64,000 bases of DNA from a bacterium (GTDB lineage: Bacteria > UBA8248), in the NCBI GenBank assembly GCA_965202625.1, contig CBDBBI010000010.1, positions 832,001 through 896,000 of the forward strand, written 5' to 3'. The stretch's first letter is position 1. The number at the start of each line of letters is the position of its first letter. Position numbers and translations under genes: made by a program. Of the stretch, positions 10,127 through 19,440 are shown in pieces. The notes beneath the pieces were generated by a model, which saw nothing but the letters and a program-made list of their open reading frames with translations, did no database searches and had not been told where the DNA came from.

Positions 10127-10760
10127 ATGGCCCCGACGACGAAACCGCCGGTTCTCACGAAGCGCGAGGGCGCGATCGCCGCCCTCACTCTCCACCGTCC
10201 CGAGAAAAGAAACGCCCTGAACGCAGAGTTCATCCGCCAGGGGCAGTAGCGATAGAGGCACTGGAGGGGCAGCGCCGCTTTCTTCACCGGGGCCAACCTT
10301 GTCGAGATGGACGCCTTGACGCGCGAGAGAGCGCGGGACTTCATCTCCAACCTCCACACCTCATCCGCAGCCTCCGCGAATTTCCCCATCCGGTGGTCTG
10401 CAAGTGCCACGGGCGCGTTCTAGGCGGCGACTTACACCTCGCCGACGACGATACGCACTTCTCCATACCCGATGTGAGGCTGGGCGTCCCCCTCCGTCAT
10501 AGAGGCGGCGCCGTTTCCACCCGTCTACAGTCTCGGCGCCGCGCAGGACTTCCTTCTCACAGGCAGGGAATTTGACGCGCGAGGGGCGGCATCGGCATCG
10601 TTCAGCGGATATGCTCGCCGCCCTAGGGGTGCTGTGCGCCCAGAAAAGGCTGCTGTGGGGTTGGGACGCGCGCGTATCTGGACGCCGCCGTTCCGCCTTC
10701 CATCGACACCTTCGAGGCTTCCTTCGATAGCGGCGAGCCGCAAGAGGAGATGGCCGTCGC
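10127..10760 (+). pseudogene. Degraded enoyl-CoA hydratase/isomerase (crotonase) pseudogene
   Basis: Fragments across frames: LTLHRPEKRNALN (stop at 10247), AFFTGANL, FPHPVVCKCHGRVLGG, FSIPDVRLGVP, LLTGREFDA, SFDSGEPQEEM. Confidence 0.82.
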
Positions 10761-11025
10761 GCGGGAGACGAATAGAGTCGCGCGGATCGGCAAGGTTGTG
10801 AATCCTGCGCCCATACGCTATAAAAAAACCTGTTATGTCAAAGACATAAAAGCAGAGTTTCTCCCAAAGTTTCTGGAATGCGAAGAAAGCGCATCGTTGG
10901 CGAGAAGCTCAACCATGTATCAAAAGACGGAGGCGCGCTACACGAGGACGAAACTGCGAAGAGCTCTCGCCCCCTCTCCGGCTGAAAAAGCGCGACGGGC
11001 GCGCGTCCTCCTAGTGGCCGGAGAA

Positions 11026-12177
11026 ATGATGAAAAGACGCATCGCCAGAACCGTCGCCGAGATTTCGGGCGGAGAGCGCGCTGACCACATGACTGCAAGA
11101 ATGCCGCCGGGCATGGCGCGTCTCGATTCGGGAACGCCGAACTTCCCCACGCCCGAGCACGTCAGGAAAGCCGCCAAGGAAGCTCTCAATGCGGGACTCA
11201 CGGGCTACGCCCCTGGTCAGGGGGACCCCGAGTTTCTCGAAGCCGTGTGCGAGCACGTCGAGCGAGAGGCGGAGGCGAGATATACGCCCCGTTCGATCAT
11301 CACCACGAACGGGGCAAGCTCGGGCATCTACGCCGTCATGACGACGTTTCTCAACCCGGGGGATGAGGTCGTCCTGATGGACCCCACGTTCTCCCTCTAC
11401 GCCCACGTGGCACGCCAGCTGGGTGCCGTCCCCGTCCAGGCACCCCATGCCGGAGATTACCACCTCGACCTTGAAGCCGTCCGACGCGCCATCTCGCCCC
11501 GCGCGCGCCTGCTCCTCATCAACAACCCGAACAATCCTACGGGCGTGGTCTATCGGCACGACGAACTGGAGGCACTGCTCGAGCTCGCCGCCGCGCACGA
11601 CCTCATGGTCGTCTCAGACGAGGCGTACGCGAAAATCCTGCAACCCGGCTTCGAGCATGTCCCCCTGCTCTCTTTCACTGCGCATGCGGAGCGCCTCATA
11701 CTTCTTGACACCTTCTCCAAGACCTATTCGATGACCGGTTGGCGTCTCGGCTTCATGGTCGTTCCAGAGGACCTCGCCCGGACGATGTTCGGCGTTCATC
11801 GCTCGATCAACGGGCCGATCAACACCTTCGTCCAGCGTGCGGGCGCGGCCGCGCTCAGAGGCTCCCAAGAGTGCGTGGCGGAAATGGCGCGCGTCTATCA
11901 CAGGCGGGGCCGGCTCATTCACGAGATGGCGCGAGAGATTTCCGGCCTAACGCCGGTTCCGCCCCAGGGCGGCTTCTATCAATACTGCCGATATGCGTAC
12001 CCCCTCCCCTCGGCAGAGATGAGAAAGCGCATCTGGGAGGCCGGGGCTGCCGTCCGCAGCGGCTCTGAGTTCGGCGATTCGGGCGAAGGCCACCTGCGCT
12101 TCACCTATTCGGTGGACGAAGAGGTGATTGCGAAGGGCATGGAGGTTGTGGGCGACGTGTTTCGGCGCCTGGGCTGA
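11026..12177 (+). CDS. PLP-dependent aminotransferase class I/II (aspartate aminotransferase-like)
   Basis: GTPNFPTP, NNPNNPTG, SDEAY, TFSKTYSMTGWRLG. True start is 11026 or 11029 (GGAGA RBS), not 10750. Confidence 0.92.
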   Translation: MMKRRIARTVAEISGGERADHMTARMPPGMARLDSGTPNFPTPEHVRKAAKEALNAGLTGYAPGQGDPEFLEAVCEHVEREAEARYTPRSIITTNGASSGIYAVMTTFLNPGDEVVLMDPTFSLYAHVARQLGAVPVQAPHAGDYHLDLEAVRRAISPRARLLLINNPNNPTGVVYRHDELEALLELAAAHDLMVVSDEAYAKILQPGFEHVPLLSFTAHAERLILLDTFSKTYSMTGWRLGFMVVPEDLARTMFGVHRSINGPINTFVQRAGAAALRGSQECVAEMARVYHRRGRLIHEMAREISGLTPVPPQGGFYQYCRYAYPLPSAEMRKRIWEAGAAVRSGSEFGDSGEGHLRFTYSVDEEVIAKGMEVVGDVFRRLG

Positions 12178-12407
12178 GGCCGGCGGCGGATTCAGAGAAA
12201 AAGGCGCGTGCGGGGGCGGCTGTAAGCAGAGCAGAATAATTGTGAATTTCGCGTGTAAAAGGCGAAAACATGCCCTTTCTCTTCCTTTTTCAAGGGCGTT
12301 TATCGTGGGGATTTTCAGCGTTCCAACTCCCCCGCTGTGGCATATTCGCCACATAAGAACGTTTGCGGAGATTGTCGCGGATCATCTGAAAGTAAGGGGA
12401 GACGTTC

Positions 12408-13172
12408 TTGAAGGTTCATTTGAGCGGACTAAGGTTAAGGTTGCATCGCGCCCTTAAATCGAAAGAAATCAAGATAAGGGGCGTTCGATTGCACGCGAGC
12501 GAAGGTTTTGTCCCCCGATCTGTGCAATCTGCATTGTACAAGAAAAAATGGGAACGTGCCGAATCTCGTTTATTGGAATCGGTGCTGCGGCCGCAGCACC
12601 GGGTACTGGAGATTGGGGCCGGCATCGGGTTCACCTCCTTGCTCGCAACGAAGCTGACGCAAGAGGGCCAGGTGCTCTCTTATGAGGCGAATCCCGCTAT
12701 GCGGCGCGTGATCGAGGCGAACTTTCGATTGAACGATCTGACCCCCAACTTGCGGATGCGGGCGATTACGCGAGATGGGTCGAAAGTCCGGTTTTTCGTG
12801 GAGCAAAACCCGCAATCCTCCTCCCTACTCCAACGAAGCCAAGAGGCAACCCTCATTCAGGTGGAGAGCGACGCGATTGGAGACGTCATAGAGGCCCATC
12901 GGCCGGATGTGATTCTCATGGATGCTGAAGGGGCGGAAAGAGAACTGATTGCCGCCGCGAATTTTGAGACGGTGGATTTTTTGATTATAGAATTTCATCG
13001 CCGCCTTGTTGGAGAGGCGCAAGCGGATTCCTCGGTGAGATGCCTCGAAAACTCCGGTTTTGAAGTGGTGAAAAGGCTTGGGAAGAGGCATGTCCTATTT
13101 GAAAACAAGGGGACAAACAGAGAATCGATGGGAGCGGCGGAGGCGCGGGTCCAGCCCCATCATGCGAGATGA
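12408..13172 (+). CDS. FkbM-family SAM-dependent methyltransferase
   Basis: VLEIGAGIG, YEANP, MDAEGAE, IIEFH. Confidence 0.85.
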   Translation: MKVHLSGLRLRLHRALKSKEIKIRGVRLHASEGFVPRSVQSALYKKKWERAESRLLESVLRPQHRVLEIGAGIGFTSLLATKLTQEGQVLSYEANPAMRRVIEANFRLNDLTPNLRMRAITRDGSKVRFFVEQNPQSSSLLQRSQEATLIQVESDAIGDVIEAHRPDVILMDAEGAERELIAAANFETVDFLIIEFHRRLVGEAQADSSVRCLENSGFEVVKRLGKRHVLFENKGTNRESMGAAEARVQPHHAR

Positions 13173-13313
13173 AAGCGCCCTCCCCCTGCCTTTGAGAAAC
13201 CGCCCAGGAGGCGCGCGCCGCGTCCCCGTCTTGACGTTCGTCCACGCTTCGGCGTAGCGTTGCTCCGGCACCTAAGCGGCGAACTTCAACGTCCTCCCCA
13301 TCTGGAGACATCC

Positions 13314-14684
13314 ATGCAGCAGCCAGCGGACACGGCCAAGATCGCGGACGCCTATGCGGAATCGCTGCCCGCCTCGCGCGCCTTGTTCGAGCGGGCGAAG
13401 GAGATTTTCCCCGACGGGGTGACGCACGACAACCGCAGGATGCGCCCGTTTCCTATCTATGTCGAGCGTGCCGAGGGCGCGTATAAATGGGATGTGGACG
13501 GCAACCGCTATGTGGACTACTGGATGGGCCACGGCGCCCTTATGTTCGGGCACAATCCGCCCCACATCCAGGAAGCCGTGAACGAGGCCGTGCTTCAAGG
13601 CTCACATCACGGTGCGAGCCATCGGCGAGAGGTGGAATGGGGCGAATGGGTGCGTCGTCTGGTACCGAGCGCCGAGCGGGTGCGCTTCACCGCCTCGGGC
13701 ACCGAGGCTACGCACATGGCGCTCAGACTCGCGCGCGCCGCCACGGGAAGAAAGCGCGTGCTCAAGTTCGCGGGCCACTTTCACGGCTGGCACGAGGGAC
13801 TGGAGATCGGCGTACGCCCCCCCTACACGAACGCGCCCGAGGCGGGGCAGCTCGAGGAGGTGACGAATCTCGTCACCGTCTGTCCGCCGAACGACCTTGC
13901 AGCCGTGCGCGCCGCGCTCGCCTCGAACCAGGTCGCCGCGCTCATCCTCGAGCCGACCGGCGGACACTTTGGCACTATCCCCATGCGGGGGGATTTCGTG
14001 GCCTCCCTTAAAGAGGAGACCGCGAAAGCAGGCGCCCTCCTCATTTTCGACGAAGTGGTGAGCGGGTTTCGCGTGTCGCCGGGCGGAGCGCAAGCCCGCA
14101 TCGGGGTGACGCCCGACCTCACCGCCCTTGCGAAAATACTCTCAGGCGGCCTTCCGGGCGGAGCCGTCGCCGGACGGGCGGACGTCATGGAACACCTCGC
14201 CACCAAGGCGGACCCGCAAGCCGACCGGCGCGCGAAGATCGCCCATCACGGCACCTTCAACGCCAACCCTATCTCGGCGGCCGCGGGGTGTGCCATGCTC
14301 TCCTCTTTGGCCGATGGCGAGGCCACGAAACAGGCGAACGCACAGGCCGAGAGACTGCGCTACGGAATGAACGAGATTTTGGCGCGAGAGGCGTTGCCCT
14401 GGAAGGTGTATGGCGCATACAGCGACTGGAAAATTTTCTTCGGCGCCGACGCTCCGCCGCGTGAGGGGGCGGACCAGGACGTGAGCGGGTTCGAATGGCA
14501 ACGCCTGGACGCCAAGGACGCGGACAAGAGCCGCGCGCTACGGCAGGCGCTGATCCTCCACGGAGTGGACTTTAACGGCGCACGCGCCCTCGTGGGCGTT
14601 TGCCACACGGACGACGTTATAGAGGAGACGCTCGCCGCCTTCCTGGCGGGGATTCAGGCCATGAAGGCGGAGGGCGTCGTCTAG
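13314..14684 (+). CDS. Aminotransferase class III (glutamate-1-semialdehyde aminomutase-like paralog)
   Basis: WDVDGNRYVD, SGTEA, FDEVVSGFR, ALAKILSGGLP, GTFNANP; GGAG RBS before ATG 13314. Confidence 0.9.
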   Translation: MQQPADTAKIADAYAESLPASRALFERAKEIFPDGVTHDNRRMRPFPIYVERAEGAYKWDVDGNRYVDYWMGHGALMFGHNPPHIQEAVNEAVLQGSHHGASHRREVEWGEWVRRLVPSAERVRFTASGTEATHMALRLARAATGRKRVLKFAGHFHGWHEGLEIGVRPPYTNAPEAGQLEEVTNLVTVCPPNDLAAVRAALASNQVAALILEPTGGHFGTIPMRGDFVASLKEETAKAGALLIFDEVVSGFRVSPGGAQARIGVTPDLTALAKILSGGLPGGAVAGRADVMEHLATKADPQADRRAKIAHHGTFNANPISAAAGCAMLSSLADGEATKQANAQAERLRYGMNEILAREALPWKVYGAYSDWKIFFGADAPPREGADQDVSGFEWQRLDAKDADKSRALRQALILHGVDFNGARALVGVCHTDDVIEETLAAFLAGIQAMKAEGVV

Positions 14685-14895
14685 GAGGGTTTCTGGGCGC
14701 GTGCGTCGCACAAGTCGCTCACACGGGCGCGCTAGAATCACGGCGTCTCGTCGGCGATGTTTTCCGCCCGTTTGGCCGCGTCGCCTGAAGAGAGCGTAGC
14801 GCCCCGCATCAAGGGTCCCCTTCGCTCATCAAAACGAATCGCGCGTGGGACGGAGGAAGCGGCCCGCCGTCCTAGACGCTTGAGGAGAGGCCAAT

Positions 14896-16146
14896 TTGTA
14901 TAGTGCGCTGCAGGGTCTGCTGAGCCTGGATTCAGGGAGAATCGCGGACGACATGAAACACCCCTTTGCCTGCCCGGACACGGGTGGAAGCCTGCGGGGC
15001 AGCTACGACCTCGAATGGGTGAAGGCGTGCGTGGACAGGGACGAGGTCGCACGCAGACCCAAGGGCATCTGGCGTTGGCATGAACTGTTGCCCGTCCGGA
15101 ATGAGAAAAACGTAGTCTCGCTCGTCGAGGGCGACACCCCCCTCATTCACGCCGAGAGGCTGGGGGAGGCACTCGGATTCAAGAACCTCTACCTTCTGGA
15201 CGAATCGAGAAACCCCACCGGCTCGTTCAAAGATCGCGGCGGCTCCGTCACCATCAGCAAATGCAGGGAAGTCGGCGTCGGTAGGATAGTGCTGCCATCA
15301 TCCGGCAACGCGGCCGCCTGCTTCAGCGCCTACTGCGCGCGGGGGGGGATCGAATTCATCGGCTTCGTGCGCGAGGATAGCTCCGCCGTTCATTGCCTCC
15401 AAGTGGGCGCATATGGAGCGTTCACGCTCCTCGTCGAGGGCGATCAGGGCGTGGGCGGCCGCTTCGCCGAGGAGGTGTCGAAGGAGCTGGGCTGTCTGCA
15501 CGCCACCCTACCGCGAAACCTGTACCGAATCGAAGGAAAAAAGACAGCCGCTTATGAGATCGCGGAAAAGCTCGGCTGGCGCGCGCCCGAGCGCGTCGTC
15601 TGCCCCACCGCGGGCGGCACGATGGCCCTCGCGATGGAACAAGGCTTCCGAGAGTTACTCGCCTTGGGCTGGATCGAGAGGATGCCGGCGATTGACGTCG
15701 TGCAGGCCGGGGGTTGCGCGCCCATCGTAAAGGCACTGCGCACGGGCGGAAGAGTCGCGCCCTGGGGCGAGGTGCGGACGAAATCGGCAGGCCTCACGAG
15801 TCCTTTCCCGGGGGCGGGCGACCGCGTGGCCGATGCCGTGCGAGACTCCGGAGGACAAGGCGTGGTGGTGAACGATGAGATGAACATCGAGGCGGAGTTC
15901 CTCATCGCCAGGAGCGAGGGGCTGTTCCTGCAACCCGCCTCGGCAGCGTCTGTGGCCAGCCTCATGGAGAGCGCGGATCGGCCGGAGCGTCCGGCGGCGG
16001 ATGAAACCATCGTCTGCATCGGCACGGGCACGGGCAAGAACGCGGCGGAGGTGGCAAGCGCGGTGCTCGGAAAGCCAGAGCAGATTTCACCGGATATAGA
16101 TGCGTTCAAAAAGGCATACGCATCCTGGAGAGGCGGCCGCCTGTAG
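14896..16146 (+). CDS. Threonine synthase-like PLP enzyme (fold type II)
   Basis: EGDTPL, NPTGSFKDRG, SSGNAA, YRIEGKKT, TGTGK; TTG start with GAGGAG RBS. Confidence 0.85.
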   Translation: MYSALQGLLSLDSGRIADDMKHPFACPDTGGSLRGSYDLEWVKACVDRDEVARRPKGIWRWHELLPVRNEKNVVSLVEGDTPLIHAERLGEALGFKNLYLLDESRNPTGSFKDRGGSVTISKCREVGVGRIVLPSSGNAAACFSAYCARGGIEFIGFVREDSSAVHCLQVGAYGAFTLLVEGDQGVGGRFAEEVSKELGCLHATLPRNLYRIEGKKTAAYEIAEKLGWRAPERVVCPTAGGTMALAMEQGFRELLALGWIERMPAIDVVQAGGCAPIVKALRTGGRVAPWGEVRTKSAGLTSPFPGAGDRVADAVRDSGGQGVVVNDEMNIEAEFLIARSEGLFLQPASAASVASLMESADRPERPAADETIVCIGTGTGKNAAEVASAVLGKPEQISPDIDAFKKAYASWRGGRL

Positions 16147-16457
16147 CCTGTAATAAATACCCTCACGGCGCAATGCGCTTGCGATGGGGGGGTGGCATCA
16201 GCGCGAGAGCGAAATGCGTAGAGTGCGGCGTCAGACATGCCCGAAAGCGGATGACGCGAATTTTCACCAGATTCCGAAAAAACTTCCACGCAAAGAACTC
16301 GCTTTTCAGAGTGCTCATTCCATGCCACTCACCCAGACACGCCCCGCGCGCCTCAAAGCCCCCGGCTTCCCAAAAGACGGAGCAAGGGAGAAGAACGCTA
16401 TAGATTTTCGTTTTATTTTCTCTTATATTCTTCTTTTCTCATCCAGACAAAGGAAGA

Positions 16458-17708
16458 ATGGCGATGGTGACAGAGAAAACCCTTCAGAAACTGGCCATCC
16501 TCGGCGGACAATCCTTCGACGACAGGGAAGGCCCGCCCGGCGCGCGACGGTGGCAGAAATACCGGCGAAAATTCCAGGGTTCGGACGCGCCGGCGATATT
16601 CCCCGTCCCCTTCTCCGGCGGACGTGTCATGCCGCTTCTCTCCACCATGATGACAAACGCCTGCAGCTACGATTGTCATTATTGTCCCATGCGCGCCTCG
16701 CGCGATATGCCGCGCTACGCCTTCGGCCCCGATGAGCTGGCCGAGGCTTTCATGGTGCTGAGGAGAAAAAACCGCGCCCAAGGGCTTTTTCTCACAAGCG
16801 GAATTCCGGGCAGCGGGATCGCCGGCGTGGACAGGATGATAGCGGCGGCCGAGCTTCTGCGCTTCAAGTATCGTTTCGGGGGCTACATTCACCTCAAAAT
16901 GCTGCCAGGGGTTCAGGACACCCAACTCAACCGCGCCGCACAGGTGGCCACGAGGCTTTCGGTGAACCTTGAAGCCGCCACCGAGGGGGGCCTTCGCGCC
17001 ATGGCACCCGAGAAAAAACTGGACGCCGACCTCAGACCCTCCCTTCGACACGTAGGAAAAATCGCGCGCGAGGCGTCTGTGGAAAACACCGGACTCATCC
17101 CCGGAGGCGTCACAACGCAGTTCATCGTGGGGGCCAGCGGGGAGAGGGACGTAGACGTTCTTGCGGCGTCCCACTCCCTACAGAAGGAGGGACTCCTACG
17201 GCACGCGCACTTCAGCGCCTTCAAGCCGGTTGCGGACACGCCGATGGACAGCCTGCCCACAATCTCCAAAACACGCGAGCACCGCCTCTATCAGGCAGAG
17301 CGCCTGCTCCGGGAGTATGCGTTCACGCTCGATGAAATTCCCGTCTCACAAGGCAATCTGGCACTTGATGAGGACCCCAAAATGGCGTGGGCGAAGCAAA
17401 ACCGCTCGAAATTTCCCGTAGAGATCATGACCGCCGACCCGAAAACCCTGATGCGCGTGCCGGGAATCGGCCCTACGTGGGCGAAGCGCCTCGGCAACGT
17501 AAGGAGAGAGGCGCACTTTCGGGACTTCAAAGACCTCGCACGCCTGGGTCGCATTCGACAATCGGCGGCGGGCTGGCTCACCCTACGCGGCAAACGCCTG
17601 GGGCCAGAGCCGGTATTCGCCACGCAGCTGAGCCTCGACCTGCGAATGAAGCGCAAAAGGCGCGCTTTCGCCTCGAGACAAACCCTGCCGCCCTGCTCGT
17701 TTCGATGA
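16458..17708 (+). CDS. Putative DNA modification/repair radical SAM protein with helix-hairpin-helix (TIGR03916-like)
   Basis: CSYDCHYC, GLFLTSG, GYIHLK, RLSVNLE, REHRLYQA, LMRVPGIG. Confidence 0.88.
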   Translation: MAMVTEKTLQKLAILGGQSFDDREGPPGARRWQKYRRKFQGSDAPAIFPVPFSGGRVMPLLSTMMTNACSYDCHYCPMRASRDMPRYAFGPDELAEAFMVLRRKNRAQGLFLTSGIPGSGIAGVDRMIAAAELLRFKYRFGGYIHLKMLPGVQDTQLNRAAQVATRLSVNLEAATEGGLRAMAPEKKLDADLRPSLRHVGKIAREASVENTGLIPGGVTTQFIVGASGERDVDVLAASHSLQKEGLLRHAHFSAFKPVADTPMDSLPTISKTREHRLYQAERLLREYAFTLDEIPVSQGNLALDEDPKMAWAKQNRSKFPVEIMTADPKTLMRVPGIGPTWAKRLGNVRREAHFRDFKDLARLGRIRQSAAGWLTLRGKRLGPEPVFATQLSLDLRMKRKRRAFASRQTLPPCSFR

Positions 17709-17727
17709 TGAGGCGTGTGAGATGCAC

Positions 17728-17756
17728 TTGACGAGAAAAACCAATGGGACTACCCT
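17728..17756 (+). promoter_or_regulatory. Putative sigma70 promoter for tRNA-Glu
   Basis: TTGACG-17 nt-TACCCT about 65 nt upstream of the tRNA. Confidence 0.5.
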
Positions 17757-17820
17757 TCTCTCTGTCGCCATCGGGTTGCGGTTGCGCGCGATGGGTGGGG
17801 TGGGGGAGACACCGCGTTAT

Positions 17821-17895
17821 GGCCCCTTCGTCTAGCGGTCAGGACACCGGCCTCTCACGCCGGGAACAGGGGTTCGAGTCCCCTAGGGGTCACCA
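17821..17895 (+). tRNA. tRNA-Glu (anticodon CTC)
   Basis: Acceptor stem GGCCCCT/AGGGGTC plus ACCA; anticodon arm CCGGC-CTCTCAC-GCCGG; T-arm GGTTCGAGTCC. Confidence 0.96.
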
Positions 17896-18037
17896 CACCA
17901 CCCCTGAAAAGCGTTTTCGCTCTCTTAGCGGCCAGCTAACGTGTTGTGCGAAAAAGTCAGTAGGATCCTTCGACAAGGTGCTCGTGCGACATGTCTTGAC
18001 CGCTCGAAACTCGACCGAAATCAATGAGGAGGAACGC

Positions 18038-18361
18038 ATGAAACGCGCGTTGCTTTGCGTTGCTTTTTTTGCAGTGATTTTCTCTGTCCCCACGCAAGCA
18101 TACGCGGCGCAATTATGTCCGGATGGCTCCTATGTCGCCTATGCCCCATGTCATCTGTGCCCCGACGGATCTTACGTAGGTGGTGGCCGCGGCTGCCGGA
18201 TGACGCCGAGAGGCACCTATGTCCCTGACCGAGGCCCGGCCCAGATGGCACCCGACGGCTCATACGTTCCTGGGGGCGGCAACGTGAGAGCGTGTCCGGA
18301 CGGCAGCTACGTAACCGGACGCTGCTTCCTCGCGCCAGATGGAACCTATGTCGGCAAGTAG
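18038..18361 (+). CDS. Small secreted Cys-containing protein with six (C/A/T)P(D/R)G(S/T)YV repeats
   Basis: GAGGAGG RBS; signal peptide ending AYA; repeats LCPDGSYV, LCPDGSYV, MTPRGTYV, MAPDGSYV, ACPDGSYV, LAPDGTYV. Confidence 0.8.
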   Translation: MKRALLCVAFFAVIFSVPTQAYAAQLCPDGSYVAYAPCHLCPDGSYVGGGRGCRMTPRGTYVPDRGPAQMAPDGSYVPGGGNVRACPDGSYVTGRCFLAPDGTYVGK

Positions 18362-18578
18362 CTTCGGCGCGCGGAGATGGACACAAGAACAGGGTTTCTG
18401 GGTCATTGAACGCGACGGGGTGCTCAACCCCAAGCATTCCATATACGCGATCCCGTTGATTGAACAACCCGCGACGAGATGAAAACAGGTCCCCAGCACA
18501 TCGATCATCAGAATGCGCGCCGCCGCGGGACTCTGAAGGCAAAGCCAGGGGGCTTTCGTCAACTAGCCGCGTCAAAAC

Positions 18579-19223
18579 TCAAGGCCAGGCGTTCACGCCC
18601 ACAATCTTATCCAACGGACACCGATCGGCGGGCTTGAAACGGGTTCCCAGCGTATAGGCCACCGGAATAAGCGCCACCTGCATAAAATCATCCGGCACGC
18701 CGAGCAAGTCTGCCGCCTCCGCCTCACAGCGTAGATGCAGGGTGGTGAACACGGAGCCCAGGCCGCGCGACCTGAGCGCCAGCTGAAAATTCCAGACCGC
18801 CGGTATGATGGAGCCCAAGAGGCCTGCCCACATGAACCTCGGCGGATCATCAGGCAGGAAATTCTCGATGCAGGGAATCACATGAACGGGCGCACGCTCA
18901 ATATTCTCGGCCAGATAGATGGCGGAATCGAACACCCGCTCGTTTTGCGCCGACTCTCCGCGCCGCGCGGAAGCCCTGCCCTGCTCCAAATAGTCCCCCG
19001 CTCCCTTGCGGTAGAGAGCACCGAGGCTTCGCCGCAGGGCCGCATCCGTCACGACCACCCAACGCCAGCCCTGGCGGTTCGACCCCGTGGGCGCCTGAAC
19101 CGAGAGATGGAGGCACTCCATCACGACTTCAAGAGGCACCTCGCGGTCGAAATCCAGGCGCTTCCTCACCGAGCGCGTCGTAGAGAGCAGCCTATCGGTC
19201 GTTTCGAGATCAAAATCCGCCAT
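18579..19223 (-). CDS. Nitroreductase family protein
   Basis: TTRSVRKR, APTGSNRQGWRWVVV, LALRSRGLGS. Confidence 0.92.
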   Translation of the reverse strand: MADFDLETTDRLLSTTRSVRKRLDFDREVPLEVVMECLHLSVQAPTGSNRQGWRWVVVTDAALRRSLGALYRKGAGDYLEQGRASARRGESAQNERVFDSAIYLAENIERAPVHVIPCIENFLPDDPPRFMWAGLLGSIIPAVWNFQLALRSRGLGSVFTTLHLRCEAEAADLLGVPDDFMQVALIPVAYTLGTRFKPADRCPLDKIVGVNAWP

Positions 19224-19440
19224 GCGCGGCTCCTTTCAGATGCTTGACCCAAGGATTCTCAGGCGAAGCGGGAATGCGACATGCTAGCAAAAACCGTCAG
19301 CTCCTCCCATATTCGCCGCGCGCATGCGCCCATCGCGGGCCCGAGGCGCCCGCCGCGTCAAGCAAGCCCATTCCCAAACAGAGCGAGGTTCATATATAAT
19401 GATGCCACCTGAACGTCTAAAAGCCAAGATGAGGAAATCC

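Noticed and set aside
10621-10630. CCCTAGGGGT identical to the tRNA-Glu 3' region (17881-17890), a possible att duplication
   Set aside because: Only 10 bp, upstream of the tRNA, flanks do not match and no integrase is nearby; likely chance.
10750-11025. Long N-terminal extension of the class I aminotransferase
   Set aside because: Chance open frame from the crotonase remnant through intergenic DNA; family similarity and the RBS start at about 11026.
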